From Alkalilimnicola ehrlichii MLHE-1 (GTDB lineage Bacteria; Pseudomonadota; Gammaproteobacteria; Nitrococcales; Halorhodospiraceae), in the NCBI RefSeq assembly GCF_000014785.1, contig NC_008340.1:90001-122000 (forward strand): 32,000 nucleotides of DNA. Reading direction: 5' to 3'. The notes under the pieces were generated by a model. The model worked only from the letters and a program-made list of their open reading frames with translations. It was not told where the DNA came from and searched no databases. Both the position numbers and the translations under genes were made by a program. Positions 1-10,151 of the stretch are shown here, one piece after another. The number at the start of each line of letters is the position of its first letter. The first letter of the stretch is position 1.

Positions 1-1305
1 GCCGACCTGCCCAAGGGCGGCGGTCGTTACGATCTGCCCATCGCCCTGGGCATCCTCCGCGCCTCTGAACAGCTAAACGCCCCTCTGGGCGACTGGGAGT
101 TCGCCGGCGAACTGGCCCTCAGCGGCCGCCTGCGGGCCATCCCCGGGCTGCTGCCGCTGGCGGTGCAGGCGCGCAAGGCCGGGCGGGGGCTGGTGGTGCC
201 CGAGGCCTGCGGGGGCGAGGTGGCGTTGGTCCACCGCAACGCCCTGACCGCGGGGCATCTCCTGGATGTCTGTCGGCACCTGGGCGGTGAGGCCTGTCTG
301 GCGCCGGCGTGTGCCCGGGCGTCGGAGCCGGCCGGGGCGCCGGTGGCGGACCTGGCCGACGTGCGCGGCCAGGCCGGCGCCCGACGGGCGCTGGAGATCG
401 CCGCCGCCGGCGGCCACGCCCTCCTGCTGTGCGGCCCGCCGGGTACCGGCAAGAGCATGCTGGCGGCGCGCCTGCCGGGGATTCTGCCCGCCATGACCGA
501 GGCCGAGGCCCTGGAGGCGGCGGCGGTGGCCTCGGTCAGCCATGCGGGGTTTCGTCCCGAGCAATGGGCCCGCCGGCCCTTCCGCCAGCCGCACCACAGC
601 GCCTCACAGGCGGCGTTGATCGGCGGCGGGCGCAAGCCCGGGCCCGGCGAGGCCTCGTTGGCTCACCGCGGCATCCTGTTCCTGGACGAGCTGCCGGAGT
701 TCAGTCGCGGCGCGTTGGAGGCCCTGCGTGAGCCGCTGGAGACCGGCGAGGTGCATATCTCCCGGGCCTCGGCCCGGGTCAGTTACCCGGCCCGGTTCCA
801 GCTCATAGCGGCCATGAACCCCTGCCCCTGCGGCCACCTGGGGGACCCGGCCGGGCGTTGCCGCTGCACCCCGGAGCAGGTCCAGCGGTATCGCGGCCGG
901 CTCTCCGGCCCACTGATGGACCGGCTGGACATGCAGGTGGCGGTGCCCCGGTTGAGCGCGACCGAATTACAGGTCGACGGGGCGACGGGGGAGGACAGTG
1001 AGGTGGTGCGGGCTCGGGTGACGGCGGCCCGGGCCCGGCAACAGGCCCGGGCGGGCGTGGAGAATGCGCACCTCCAGGGGCGGGCCCTGGAGGCCCATTG
1101 CCGGCTGGCGCCGACGGACGCCCGGTTGCTGGCCCGGGCCATGGAGCAGCTGGGGTTGTCCGCTCGGGCCTACCACCGGGTGTTGCGGCTGGCGCGCACC
1201 ATTGCCGATCTGGAGGGTGCGGACGCGATCCACTCCCCGCACCTGACCGAGGCGCTGGCCCTGCGCCGGGGCCTGGAGCCCGGTCGCGGTGCGGTCGGGC
1301 CCTGA
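1..1305 (+). CDS. comM: YifB/ComM family Mg-chelatase-like AAA ATPase, 5'-truncated by the window edge
   Basis: Frame 1 is open from base 1 (ADLPKGGGRYDLPIALGILRASEQL...), continuous with ORF 163..1305. Walker A 'CGPPGTGKSMLAARLPGILP', 'LFLDELPEFSRGALEALREPLETG' and 'MNPCPCGHLGD' are characteristic of YifB/ComM. Confidence 0.96.
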   Translation, partial: ADLPKGGGRYDLPIALGILRASEQLNAPLGDWEFAGELALSGRLRAIPGLLPLAVQARKAGRGLVVPEACGGEVALVHRNALTAGHLLDVCRHLGGEACLAPACARASEPAGAPVADLADVRGQAGARRALEIAAAGGHALLLCGPPGTGKSMLAARLPGILPAMTEAEALEAAAVASVSHAGFRPEQWARRPFRQPHHSASQAALIGGGRKPGPGEASLAHRGILFLDELPEFSRGALEALREPLETGEVHISRASARVSYPARFQLIAAMNPCPCGHLGDPAGRCRCTPEQVQRYRGRLSGPLMDRLDMQVAVPRLSATELQVDGATGEDSEVVRARVTAARARQQARAGVENAHLQGRALEAHCRLAPTDARLLARAMEQLGLSARAYHRVLRLARTIADLEGADAIHSPHLTEALALRRGLEPGRGAVGP

Positions 1306-1328
1306 GGCCGGGCCCTTAGCAGCGGACC

Positions 1329-1883
1329 TTAGTAGTCCACGGCCAGCCCGGCCTCTTCCAGCATCCAGATCACCACCCAGCGCAGCTCGGTGTCGTCGGC
1401 GTCGGCGCCGCCGCGCGGGGGCATGGCGCCCATGCCGCTGATGACGTTGTTGACCAGGCCGTCCAGGCCGCGCTCCTCGAAGCGGGGGGCCCACTCGCCC
1501 TCCTCGCCCGTCACCGGAGAGCCGGCCACGCCGGTGGCGTGGCAGGCCATGCAGGCGGCCTGGTTGATCTGTTGCGCCACCTCGGCGTCGAAGGCGGGGC
1601 GCTCCTCCGGTTCGGCGGGTTCTTCCACCTCGGCGACCTCGGGGTCGACGTCGTCCTCGACCACGTCCGGGGCCTCGTCCCGCCCGGCGATGGCGACCTG
1701 GCCCACCGGGGCGATGGCCTGAAGCACCCGCTCGCGCTCATGCTCGGCGCGCTGCTCGGCCACGTGGCCGAGGGTGCCGCCGGTGTACTGGGAGAGGCCG
1801 GCCAGCGCCAGCGCAATCAGCGCCAGCAGGATGATGATTCCGATGAAGGTGTTTACGAAGGTCTGGTCCTGAGTCTTGCTCAC
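1329..1883 (-). CDS. membrane-anchored c-type cytochrome, cytochrome c5-like
   Basis: N-terminal TM segment 'FIGIIILLALIALALAGL', acidic/proline-rich linker, one heme motif CMACH, and 'GAMPPRGG' typical of cytochrome c5. Confidence 0.88.
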   Translation of the reverse strand: MSKTQDQTFVNTFIGIIILLALIALALAGLSQYTGGTLGHVAEQRAEHERERVLQAIAPVGQVAIAGRDEAPDVVEDDVDPEVAEVEEPAEPEERPAFDAEVAQQINQAACMACHATGVAGSPVTGEEGEWAPRFEERGLDGLVNNVISGMGAMPPRGGADADDTELRWVVIWMLEEAGLAVDY

Positions 1884-2051
1884 GTGGATTCCTCACCACT
1901 GGTGGTCAAATCAGTGCGAATAATACTTTTTCTTGGCCGCAAAGCTTGCCACGAAATGGGGTGCGTGGGTAGCCCTGACCGGCGGGCGTTGGTTCGCTCT
2001 TTTGTCGCCCGTGGTTAAGGGTAGCAGTCGCGGCCGCTGTGGGGTACTGCA

Positions 2052-3170
<1,119 letters not shown>

Positions 3171-3251
3171 GGGGCGGATGAAGGGCCTCGTAACCTGGAT
3201 GGGTTCGCCCACCTGCCCATTTGTCGGGAGACGATCAGCCGCGATGGCCCG

Positions 3252-3461
3252 TCAGCGCCGGAAGATCAGCCAAAGGATCACCGTCAGCACGAGGCTGACC
3301 AGTATGGAGGTGGTCAGCGGGAAGTAGAACTGGAAGCCCTCGCGCTGGATGTGGATGTCGCCGGGCAGCCGGCCCAGGCCGAGTTTGCTCAGCCAGGGCC
3401 AGAGCAGGCCGGCGACGACCAGGACGATGCCGATAGTCAGCAGCAGACGGCCGATGTCCAT
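3252..3461 (-). CDS. DUF2905-like small two-TM membrane protein (69 aa)
   Basis: MDIGRLLLTIGIVLVVAGLLWPWLSKLGLGRLPGDIHIQREGFQFYFPLTTSILVSLVLTVILWLIFRR. The ORF track extends it to 3851, but that N-terminal part overlaps rpiA in another frame. Confidence 0.9.
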   Translation of the reverse strand: MDIGRLLLTIGIVLVVAGLLWPWLSKLGLGRLPGDIHIQREGFQFYFPLTTSILVSLVLTVILWLIFRR

Positions 3462-3477
3462 CCTCTCCGGGCTGTGG

Positions 3478-4143
3478 TTACTCCGCGGTGAGTTTGCGCA
3501 CGCCCTCGGCGGTGCCGAGCAGCAGGACGTCGGCGGGGCGCAGGGCGAACAGCCCGTTGGTGACCACGCCGGGGATGTTGTTGATCTGCTGCTCGAGCTT
3601 GATCGGCTCCATGATCTTGAGGCCGCGCACGTCCAGGATGACGTTGCCGTTGTCGGTGGTGAAACCGGAGCGCAGTTGCGGCCGGCCGCCCAGTTTGACC
3701 AGCTCACGGGCGACGTAGCTGCGGGCCATGGGGATGACCTCCACCGGCAGCGGGAACTCGCCCAGCACGTCCACCAGCTTGGACTCGTCCGCCACGCAGA
3801 CGAAGCGTTCGGCGGCCGCGGCCACGATCTTCTCGCGGGTGAGCGCGCCACCGCCGCCCTTGATCAGCTGCAGGAAGCGGTTGGATTCATCGGCGCCGTC
3901 CACGTAAATGGGCATGGTGCCCACCTCGTTGAGGTCCAGCACCGGGATGCCGTACTGGCGTAGCCGGGCGGTGCTCGCCTCGGAGCTGGACACGGTGCCG
4001 TCGATGCGGGCCTTCATGTCGGCCAGGGCGTCGATAAAGAAATTGACGGTGGAGCCGGTGCCCACCCCGATCACGGTGTTCTCTTCCACGTACTCCATGG
4101 CCGCCTCGGCCGCCATGCGCTTGCCCTGGTCAGCGCTCATCAT
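3478..4143 (-). CDS. rpiA: ribose-5-phosphate isomerase A
   Basis: '[17 protein letters not shown]', '[28 protein letters not shown]' and 'DNGNVILDV' are RpiA signatures. Confidence 0.97.
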
Positions 4144-4225
4144 TCACTCCCTTAGTGCGTTACGATGTCATGCTGTACATGATAGCGAATACCAAGCCCA
4201 TCCCGACAGCGAAAGTCAATCCCTC

Positions 4226-5740
4226 ATGAGCCGATCCTATCTGGAGCGCATCCTCACCGCCTGTGTCTACGACGTGGCCATACAGACCCCGCTGGACGAC
4301 GGTGCCACCCTCTCCGAGCGCCTGGGCAACCGGGTGCTGATGAAGCGAGAGGACCTGCAGCCGGTCTTTTCCTTCAAACTGCGTGGGGCCTACAACAAGA
4401 TCAACCGCCTTTCCGAGGAGGCGCGCCAGAAGGGCGTGATCTGTGCCTCGGCCGGCAACCACGCCCAGGGTGTGGCGCTGTCGGCGAAGAAGCTGGGTAT
4501 CAAGGCCACCATCGTCATGCCGCGCACCACGCCGGACATCAAGGTGAACGCGGTCAAGCGGCTGGGCGGCCGGGTGGTGCTGCACGGCGACTCCTACGAC
4601 GAGGCCTCACAGCATGCTAACAAGCTGGTCGAGGAGCGGGGGTTGACCTACATCCACCCCTACGACGACCCGGACGTGATCGCCGGCCAGGGCACGGTGG
4701 GCATGGAGATCCTGCACCAGCACCCGCGGGACATCCACGCCATCTTCATCGCCGTGGGTGGCGGGGGCCTGGCCGCCGGTATCGGGGTGTATATCAAGCA
4801 GTTGCGCCCCGATATCCGTATCATCGCCGTGGAGCCGGACACCGCCCCTACCCTGGCCCGCAGCCTGGAGGTGGGCCGGCGGGTGAAGCTGGAGCAGGTG
4901 GGGCTGTTCGCCGACGGGGTGGCGGTGCGTCAGGTGGGCAAGACCAACTGGCCGCTGTTGCGCCAGTATGTGGATGACGTGGTGCTGGTCTCGGATGATG
5001 AGATTTGCGCGGCGATCAAGGACATCTTCGATGACACCCGCTCGATCATGGAGCCGGCCGGGGCGCTGGGGGTGGCGGGCTTGAAGAAATACGTGGAGCG
5101 CACCGGTATCCGCGACAAGACCCTGGTGGCGGTGAACTGCGGCGCCAACATGAACTTCTCGCGCCTGGGCCATGTGGCCGAGCGTGCCGAGCTGGGTGAG
5201 CACCGTGAGGCGGTCTTCGCGGTCACTATCCCAGAGCGGCCGGGGAGCTTCAAACAGTTCTGCGAGGCCATCGGCAAACGCGGTATCACCGAGTTCAACT
5301 ACCGCTACGCGGACCCGACCCAGGCCCACGTCTATGCCGGCATCCAGCTCAGCAGGGGCGATGAGGAACGGGAGCTGCTGCGCGAGGAGCTGGAGGAGGC
5401 CGGCTACCCGGTGCTGGACCTGACCGAGGATGAGATGGCCAAGGTGCACGTCCGCCACATGGTGGGCGGCCGTGGTGGCGGGGTGGAGAACGAGATCCTT
5501 TACCGCTTCGAGTTCCCGGAACGGCCCGGGGCGCTGCTCAAGTTCCTCTCGCGGATGGGTCGGCGCTGGAACATCTCGCTGTTCCACTACCGCAACCACG
5601 GGGCCGCCTACGGCAAGGTGCTGGTGGGCATGCAGGTGCCGGAGGCCGAGCGCGGCCGCTGTGTGGAATACCTGGACAAACTGGGCTATCGCTATGCAGA
5701 GGAGACCGACAACCCGGCCTACCGGTTGTTCCTGAGCTGA
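4226..5740 (+). CDS. ilvA: threonine ammonia-lyase, biosynthetic (catalytic domain plus C-terminal regulatory ACT-like domains)
   Basis: 504 aa from ATG 4226. PLP motif 'VFSFKLRGAYNKI', 'SAGNHAQGVALSAKKLG' and 'VAVGGGGLAAGIGVYIK', with a long regulatory C-terminus. Confidence 0.96.
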   Translation: MSRSYLERILTACVYDVAIQTPLDDGATLSERLGNRVLMKREDLQPVFSFKLRGAYNKINRLSEEARQKGVICASAGNHAQGVALSAKKLGIKATIVMPRTTPDIKVNAVKRLGGRVVLHGDSYDEASQHANKLVEERGLTYIHPYDDPDVIAGQGTVGMEILHQHPRDIHAIFIAVGGGGLAAGIGVYIKQLRPDIRIIAVEPDTAPTLARSLEVGRRVKLEQVGLFADGVAVRQVGKTNWPLLRQYVDDVVLVSDDEICAAIKDIFDDTRSIMEPAGALGVAGLKKYVERTGIRDKTLVAVNCGANMNFSRLGHVAERAELGEHREAVFAVTIPERPGSFKQFCEAIGKRGITEFNYRYADPTQAHVYAGIQLSRGDEERELLREELEEAGYPVLDLTEDEMAKVHVRHMVGGRGGGVENEILYRFEFPERPGALLKFLSRMGRRWNISLFHYRNHGAAYGKVLVGMQVPEAERGRCVEYLDKLGYRYAEETDNPAYRLFLS

Positions 5741-5777
5741 CCGCCGGCGGGCCTGCTCATCCACGACGAGGGAGCCC

Positions 5778-6449
5778 ATGACCGCCGAACCCCGTATCAG
5801 CGGCGACGACATCCTGGACGCCGCCCTGGCTGAGGCCCGCGAGACCGGATGGGAGGCCATGCGTCTGGCCCCGGTGGCCCGCCGCCTGGGCGTGGGGCTG
5901 CGGGCCGTGCAGCGGCATTTCCGCGAGAAGGATGAACTGATCGATGCCCGGCTGGACCGTGCCGATCGGGCGATGCTGGCGGTGATGGACACCCCGGGTT
6001 TTGCCGATCTGCCGTCGGTCACGCGCCTGCACCGCCTGCTCATGGCCTGGTTCGAGGACCTGCAGTGCGACCGCTCGGTGGTGCAAGGGATGCTGGCGCA
6101 CAAGATGGAGTTCGGCCATATCCACGTGCAATTCCCGCTGTTGCTGCGGGTCAGCCGTACGGTGCAGTGGTGGCGCGAGGCGGCGGACCGCTCCGGCGTG
6201 CATCTGGAGCGGGCGCTGGAAGAGACAGCGCTGACCACGTTGTTCCTGTCCACGGTGGTGCGTTGGCTCCGCGACCGGGACCCCACCCTGGCGCCGACGC
6301 GGCGCTTTCTGCAGCAGGGGTTGGAGCGGCTGCGGGCCGTGCGCCACGCGCTGCCTCCGGTCCCGGGGCTGGCCCGGCCTGCGGGGGTGGCGCCCCGTCT
6401 GGCCCCGCCGGGCCCGGTGAGGGATGACCCCGGGGAAGAGGCCGGTTAA
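5778..6449 (+). CDS. TetR/AcrR family transcriptional regulator
   Basis: N-terminal HTH pattern 'ILDAALAEARETGWEAMRLAPVARRLGVGLRAVQRHFREKDELIDARLDRAD'. Confidence 0.8.
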   Translation: MTAEPRISGDDILDAALAEARETGWEAMRLAPVARRLGVGLRAVQRHFREKDELIDARLDRADRAMLAVMDTPGFADLPSVTRLHRLLMAWFEDLQCDRSVVQGMLAHKMEFGHIHVQFPLLLRVSRTVQWWREAADRSGVHLERALEETALTTLFLSTVVRWLRDRDPTLAPTRRFLQQGLERLRAVRHALPPVPGLARPAGVAPRLAPPGPVRDDPGEEAG

Positions 6450-6484
6450 TATAGCGGCTGTTACCGCATAGGCCTGCCCCTTGC

Positions 6485-7528
6485 ATGGATACTCTGACTC
6501 ACGCCATCAGCGGCGCCGTGGCCGCCCGGGCCCTGCCGGCCAGCCGCAGGGCGGCCGCGCCCAGCCTGAGGGAGCGCACCTGGGCCGGCTTTGTCGCCGG
6601 GGCCTCCCCGGACATCGACTTCCTGCTCCGGGTGCTGGACCCGCTGGTCTACCTCAACCTGCACCGCGGGGTCACCCACTCCTTGCTGTTGCTGCCCCTC
6701 TGGGCTGCGCTGCTCGCGGTGGTCTTTGCCCGGGTGGCGCCCCGGCTCGGTGGTGGCCGTTATGGCTGGCGGGCCTGGTACGCGGCGGCGGCGGTGGCCC
6801 TGCTGGTGCACATCCTTGGCGATCTCATCACCAGCTACGGCACCCAGTTGCTGGCCCCCTTCTCCAGCCACGGCTTCGCCTGGAACACCACGTTCATTAT
6901 CGACCCCTGGTTCTCCGGCCTGCTGCTGGGGGGGCTGATCCTGTCGCTCTACTGGCGCCCGATTCCGATGGCCCGGGTGACCCTGTTGGTGGTGGCGGCG
7001 CTGGTTGCCTTCCAGGCAGTGATGATGCGCCAGGCCCTGGATCAGGGGCAGCGCTATGTGGAGGCACAGGGCCTGGAGCAGGCCGAGGTGCGAGCCTGGC
7101 CGCAACCCTTCTCGCCCTTCAACTGGAAGGTCTCGGTCACCCTGGACCGGGGGCATTACCTCAGCTACCTCAACCTGCGCCAGCGCGGCCCCACGCCGCC
7201 GGCACCGCCTCTGCCCGGTGCCCTGCGGGATCTCTGGGAGGCCTACCGGCCGCTGGACGAGCAGGAGTGGCGCTATTTCCCGCGGTTTGGCGAGGGTGAC
7301 GAGTTTCGACAGGCCGAGGCGGCGTGGTCGGACCCGGCGTTCGCGGACTTCAGGCGCTTTGCCGGGCTGCCGGCGGTGTACCGCGTGCGCGACGACTGCG
7401 TCGCCTTCCAGGACCTGCGCTTCCACCTGCCAGGCCTGCGCACGCCCTTCCGTTATGGGCTTTGCGACGTGGGCGATGACCCCTATCTGGTCCGTTACCA
7501 GGACGGCGAATTTATCCGCATCCGCTGA
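6485..7528 (+). CDS. membrane-bound metal-dependent hydrolase (YdjM/DUF457-like)
   Basis: 'MDTLTHAISGAVAARAL', 'GASPDIDFLLRVLDPLVYLNLHRGVTHSLLLLPLWA' and 'HILGDLITSYGTQLLAPFSSHGFAW'. Confidence 0.9.
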   Translation: MDTLTHAISGAVAARALPASRRAAAPSLRERTWAGFVAGASPDIDFLLRVLDPLVYLNLHRGVTHSLLLLPLWAALLAVVFARVAPRLGGGRYGWRAWYAAAAVALLVHILGDLITSYGTQLLAPFSSHGFAWNTTFIIDPWFSGLLLGGLILSLYWRPIPMARVTLLVVAALVAFQAVMMRQALDQGQRYVEAQGLEQAEVRAWPQPFSPFNWKVSVTLDRGHYLSYLNLRQRGPTPPAPPLPGALRDLWEAYRPLDEQEWRYFPRFGEGDEFRQAEAAWSDPAFADFRRFAGLPAVYRVRDDCVAFQDLRFHLPGLRTPFRYGLCDVGDDPYLVRYQDGEFIRIR

Positions 7529-7603
7529 CCCGCACGACCGGTCCAAACCGCAGGCCGGGGCCTTGCCAGAAGCGGGCGGACTGGATAACATGAGTCTTCT
7601 CAA

Positions 7604-7677
7604 GCGGGTGTAGTTCAATGGTAGAACATCAGCTTCCCAAGCTGAGAACGTGGGTTCGATTCCCATCACCCGCTCCA
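7604..7677 (+). tRNA. tRNA-Gly, anticodon CCC, with encoded CCA end
   Basis: GCGGGTG TA GTTCAATGGTAGAAC A TCAGC TTCCCAA GCTGA GAACG TGGGTTCGATTCCCA TCACCCGCTCCA. Acceptor GCGGGTG/CACCCGC and anticodon stem TCAGC/GCTGA pair perfectly. Confidence 0.96.
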
Positions 7678-7740
7678 TCTTCTTTCCCCTCCTCTTGGCC
7701 CCACTCACCATACGCCCGTTAGGGAGACGCTGAATAACCT

Positions 7741-7821
7741 CGTCAGTGCGAGCACAGCCCATCCCACCGTCAGTGCGAGTGCAGCCCATCCCACCGTCAG
7801 TGCGAGTGCAGCCCACCCCAA
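7741..7821. repeat. Short tandem array, ~3 x 27 bp
   Basis: cgtcagtgcgagcacagcccatcccac / cgtcagtgcgagtgcagcccatcccac / cgtcagtgcgagtgcagcccaccccaa. The units begin like one end of the dispersed ~78 bp repeat. Confidence 0.85.
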
Positions 7822-7848
7822 CCTTTACTGCGAGCGCGGCCACCCCAT

Positions 7849-7926
7849 CGTCACTGCGAGGAGGCGAAGCCGACGCGGCAGTCCACCGCCCTGGATCGCC
7901 GCGGCGCTGCGCGCCTCGCGATGACG
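7849..7926 (+). repeat. Dispersed ~78 bp palindromic repeat, copy A
   Basis: CGTCACTGCGAGGAGGCGAAGCCGACGCGGCAGTCCACCGCCCTGGATCGCCGCGGCGCTGCGCGCCTCGCGATGACG. Ends are imperfect terminal inverted repeats. Confidence 0.9.
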
Positions 7927-8013
7927 GGGCCAAGGGCACGCGCCGCCACGGCTCCAAGTTGCTACGAGGCGAGGGCCCGCCCCACGTCACTGCGAAGCGA
8001 GGGCCCGCCCCCA

Positions 8014-8080
8014 CGTCACTGCGAGGAGCGAAGCGACGTGGCAGTCTACCGCTCTGGATCGCCACGGGCCTTCGGCCCTC
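8014..8080 (+). repeat. Dispersed repeat, copy B (right end missing)
   Basis: CGTCACTGCGAGGAGCGAAGCGACGTGGCAGTCTACCGCTCTGGATCGCCACGGGCCTTCGGCCCTC, then switches to unrelated sequence ttgaagaact... Confidence 0.88.
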
Positions 8081-8122
8081 TTGAAGAACTTGACTGTGCC
8101 GGAAGCGGCAGGTCGCCCCCAC

Positions 8123-8200
8123 CGTCACTGCGAGGAGGCGAAGCCGACGTGGCAGTCCTCCGCCCTGGATCGCCGCGGCGCTGCGCGCCTCGCGATGACG
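8123..8200 (+). repeat. Dispersed repeat, copy C
   Basis: Starts CGTCACTGCGAGGAGGCGAAGCCGACGTGGCAGTCC and ends CTGCGCGCCTCGCGATGACG. Confidence 0.9.
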
Positions 8201-8347
8201 GGGTGAAGGGTACGTGCCGCCACGGCCCCACGCCGCTGTGAGCCGAGGGTTCGCCCCCTCGTCACGGCGAGCGCGGCCCCAACCCCCTCGTCAATGCGAG
8301 CGCGGCCCCAACCCCACCGTCACGGCGAGCGGGGACCCGCCCCCACT

Positions 8348-8424
8348 GTCACTGCGAGGAGGCGAAGCCGACGTGGCAGTCTACCGCGCTGGATCGCCAC
8401 GGGCCTTCGGCCCTCGCGATGACG
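8348..8424 (+). repeat. Dispersed repeat, copy D
   Basis: Starts TGTCACTGCGAGGAGGCGAAGCCGACGTGGCAGTCTACCGCGCTGGATCGCC and ends ACGGGCCTTCGGCCCTCGCGATGACG. Confidence 0.9.
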
Positions 8425-8662
8425 AGGGTAAAGTCGTCGGCCCCGGCGATGGCTGGGGAAAGGGGTTGGCCCTGGCGATGACGGGGGTGTCGTTGTGGCC
8501 CCCACAATACCGGGGCAGCACCACTTGTCGTATGGCAGGTATTGGCCGCGCCGCCTTTCCCGAAGGCGGTTAACTGACTACCCTCAAACCTGAGGGGAGG
8601 CCGCAGTGTGCAGGTTGGTCGCCCCGACACCAGGACTCAACCCGATTGCTCAGGAGCGCTCC

Positions 8663-10147
8663 ATGTCTCGGGATGCCGCTGCATCGCACCGATCCGCCAC
8701 CCAGGCCCCGCCCTATCTGATCCCCGCCCTGCTCGGGCTCTACACCCTGTTCGCGCTGCTGCCCCTGCTGCTCGCCGACACGGGCGCCGGGGTCGGGCTC
8801 CACTTCTGGCACAAGCTGGGCAACGGTCTGGCCATGGCCGGCTTCGCCTTGTTGCTGGCGGAGTTCATCCTCTCCGGCCGCTTCCGCGGGGTCACTGCAC
8901 CCATCGGCATCGACGTCACCCTGCGTTTCCATCAGTTGATGGGGCACACGGTGTTGGTGTTGCTGCTGATCCACCCCTACCTCTACGCCCTTATCCCGGC
9001 CGCCACCCAGGCGCCGGGCGTGGTGGTCCCGGCCCCCTCCTCCGGGCTGGCCGAGGGGCTGACCGGGGTGATCGCCTGGCTGGTGCTGGGTACGGTCGTG
9101 CTGTTGGCTATCGCCCGCGACATGATCGGGCTGGGCTACGAACGCTGGCGGTTGGTCCATGGGGTGGGGGCCGCCGTGGTAGCGGTGTTTGGCCTCCACC
9201 ATACCCTGGAGGCCGGGGTGTACAGTGGCCAGGGGCTGCTGGCCGCCTTCTGGGTGTTGGCGGTGGCCGCCGCCCTGTTCACACTGGTGCATGCCTACTG
9301 GCTGGTCCCGCGGCGCCAGGCGCGCGCGGCCTGGCGGATCAAGGCGGTGGAGCAAAGCGGCCCGGGCTACTGGGATGTCACCGTGGAGCCCGAGGCGGAC
9401 AGCCAGGCGCGTCAGTTCCGGTTCCACGCCGGTCAGTTCGCCTGGCTGAAGGTCGCCGGGCACCCCTACACCCTCAAGGAGCACCCCTTCTCCATTGCCT
9501 CCAGCCCGGCGGCCCTGCCCGAGGTGGTGTTCACCATCAAGGAGGCCGGCGATTTCACCAACACCGTGGGGGAACTGCAGCCCGGTCAACGCGCCTACCT
9601 GGACGGGCCACACGGCCACTTCGTGCTGGATGACCGGCCGGCGGCAGGGATCATGCTGATCGCCGGTGGTGTGGGCATCGCACCGATCATGTCCCTACTG
9701 CGCGAGTTGCGGGCGCAGGGCGAGCAGCGCCCGGTACGCCTGGTCTACGGCGTGCGCCGGCTGGAAGAGGCGTTGTTCCGCGAGGAGCTGGCGGCGGCCG
9801 AGGAGGCGATGGACCTGCAGGTCTTCCTGGTGGTGGACGAACCGGGGGATGAGCCCGTCGATGACCCGAAGGTGCTGCGGGGGCCGGTGACCCGTGAGGT
9901 GCTGCACCACTGCCTGCCGGAGCGGGGCGCGGCGGACTGGGTGCACTACATCTGCGGGCCGCCGGCCATGATCGACTCGGTGGAGAACAGCCTGGAGGCC
10001 GAGCAGGTGCCGCTGGAGCACATCCGCTCCGAGCGCTTCCGTTACACCTACCACGCCAGCACCCGCCGCTCGCGCCGGATTATGGCGGTGTGGGCGGGGG
10101 TCACCGCCATCGTCGTGGTGGCGGTGCTGCTCTTCGCCCTGGTCTGA
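8663..10147 (+). CDS. ferric-reductase-like transmembrane flavoprotein with FAD/NAD(P)H oxidoreductase domain
   Basis: Multi-TM N-terminus ('IGIDVTLRFHQLMGHTVLVLLLIHPYLYALI'). C-terminal flavodehydrogenase motifs 'HPYTLKEHPFSIASSP', 'GPHGHFVLDD', 'LIAGGVGIAPIMSLLRELRAQG' and 'YICGPPAMIDSVE'. Start chosen at ATG 8663. Confidence 0.88.
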   Translation: MSRDAAASHRSATQAPPYLIPALLGLYTLFALLPLLLADTGAGVGLHFWHKLGNGLAMAGFALLLAEFILSGRFRGVTAPIGIDVTLRFHQLMGHTVLVLLLIHPYLYALIPAATQAPGVVVPAPSSGLAEGLTGVIAWLVLGTVVLLAIARDMIGLGYERWRLVHGVGAAVVAVFGLHHTLEAGVYSGQGLLAAFWVLAVAAALFTLVHAYWLVPRRQARAAWRIKAVEQSGPGYWDVTVEPEADSQARQFRFHAGQFAWLKVAGHPYTLKEHPFSIASSPAALPEVVFTIKEAGDFTNTVGELQPGQRAYLDGPHGHFVLDDRPAAGIMLIAGGVGIAPIMSLLRELRAQGEQRPVRLVYGVRRLEEALFREELAAAEEAMDLQVFLVVDEPGDEPVDDPKVLRGPVTREVLHHCLPERGAADWVHYICGPPAMIDSVENSLEAEQVPLEHIRSERFRYTYHASTRRSRRIMAVWAGVTAIVVVAVLLFALV

Positions 10148-10151
10148 GGGG

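Noticed and set aside
6461-8128. Long minus-strand ORF (555 aa)
   Set aside because: It is antisense to the metal-dependent hydrolase and tRNA-Gly and its 5' part is translated from the dispersed repeats (SSRGAQRRGDPG). Composition is typical of high-GC shadow ORFs.
7741-8345. Possible CRISPR array
   Set aside because: Repeats are head-to-tail without unique spacers of uniform length, are not dyad repeats of CRISPR type, and there are no cas genes.
7604-8570. tRNA-adjacent integrated island
   Set aside because: The repeats follow tRNA-Gly, but no integrase, att duplication of the tRNA 3' end or phage/plasmid gene is visible before the next ordinary gene.
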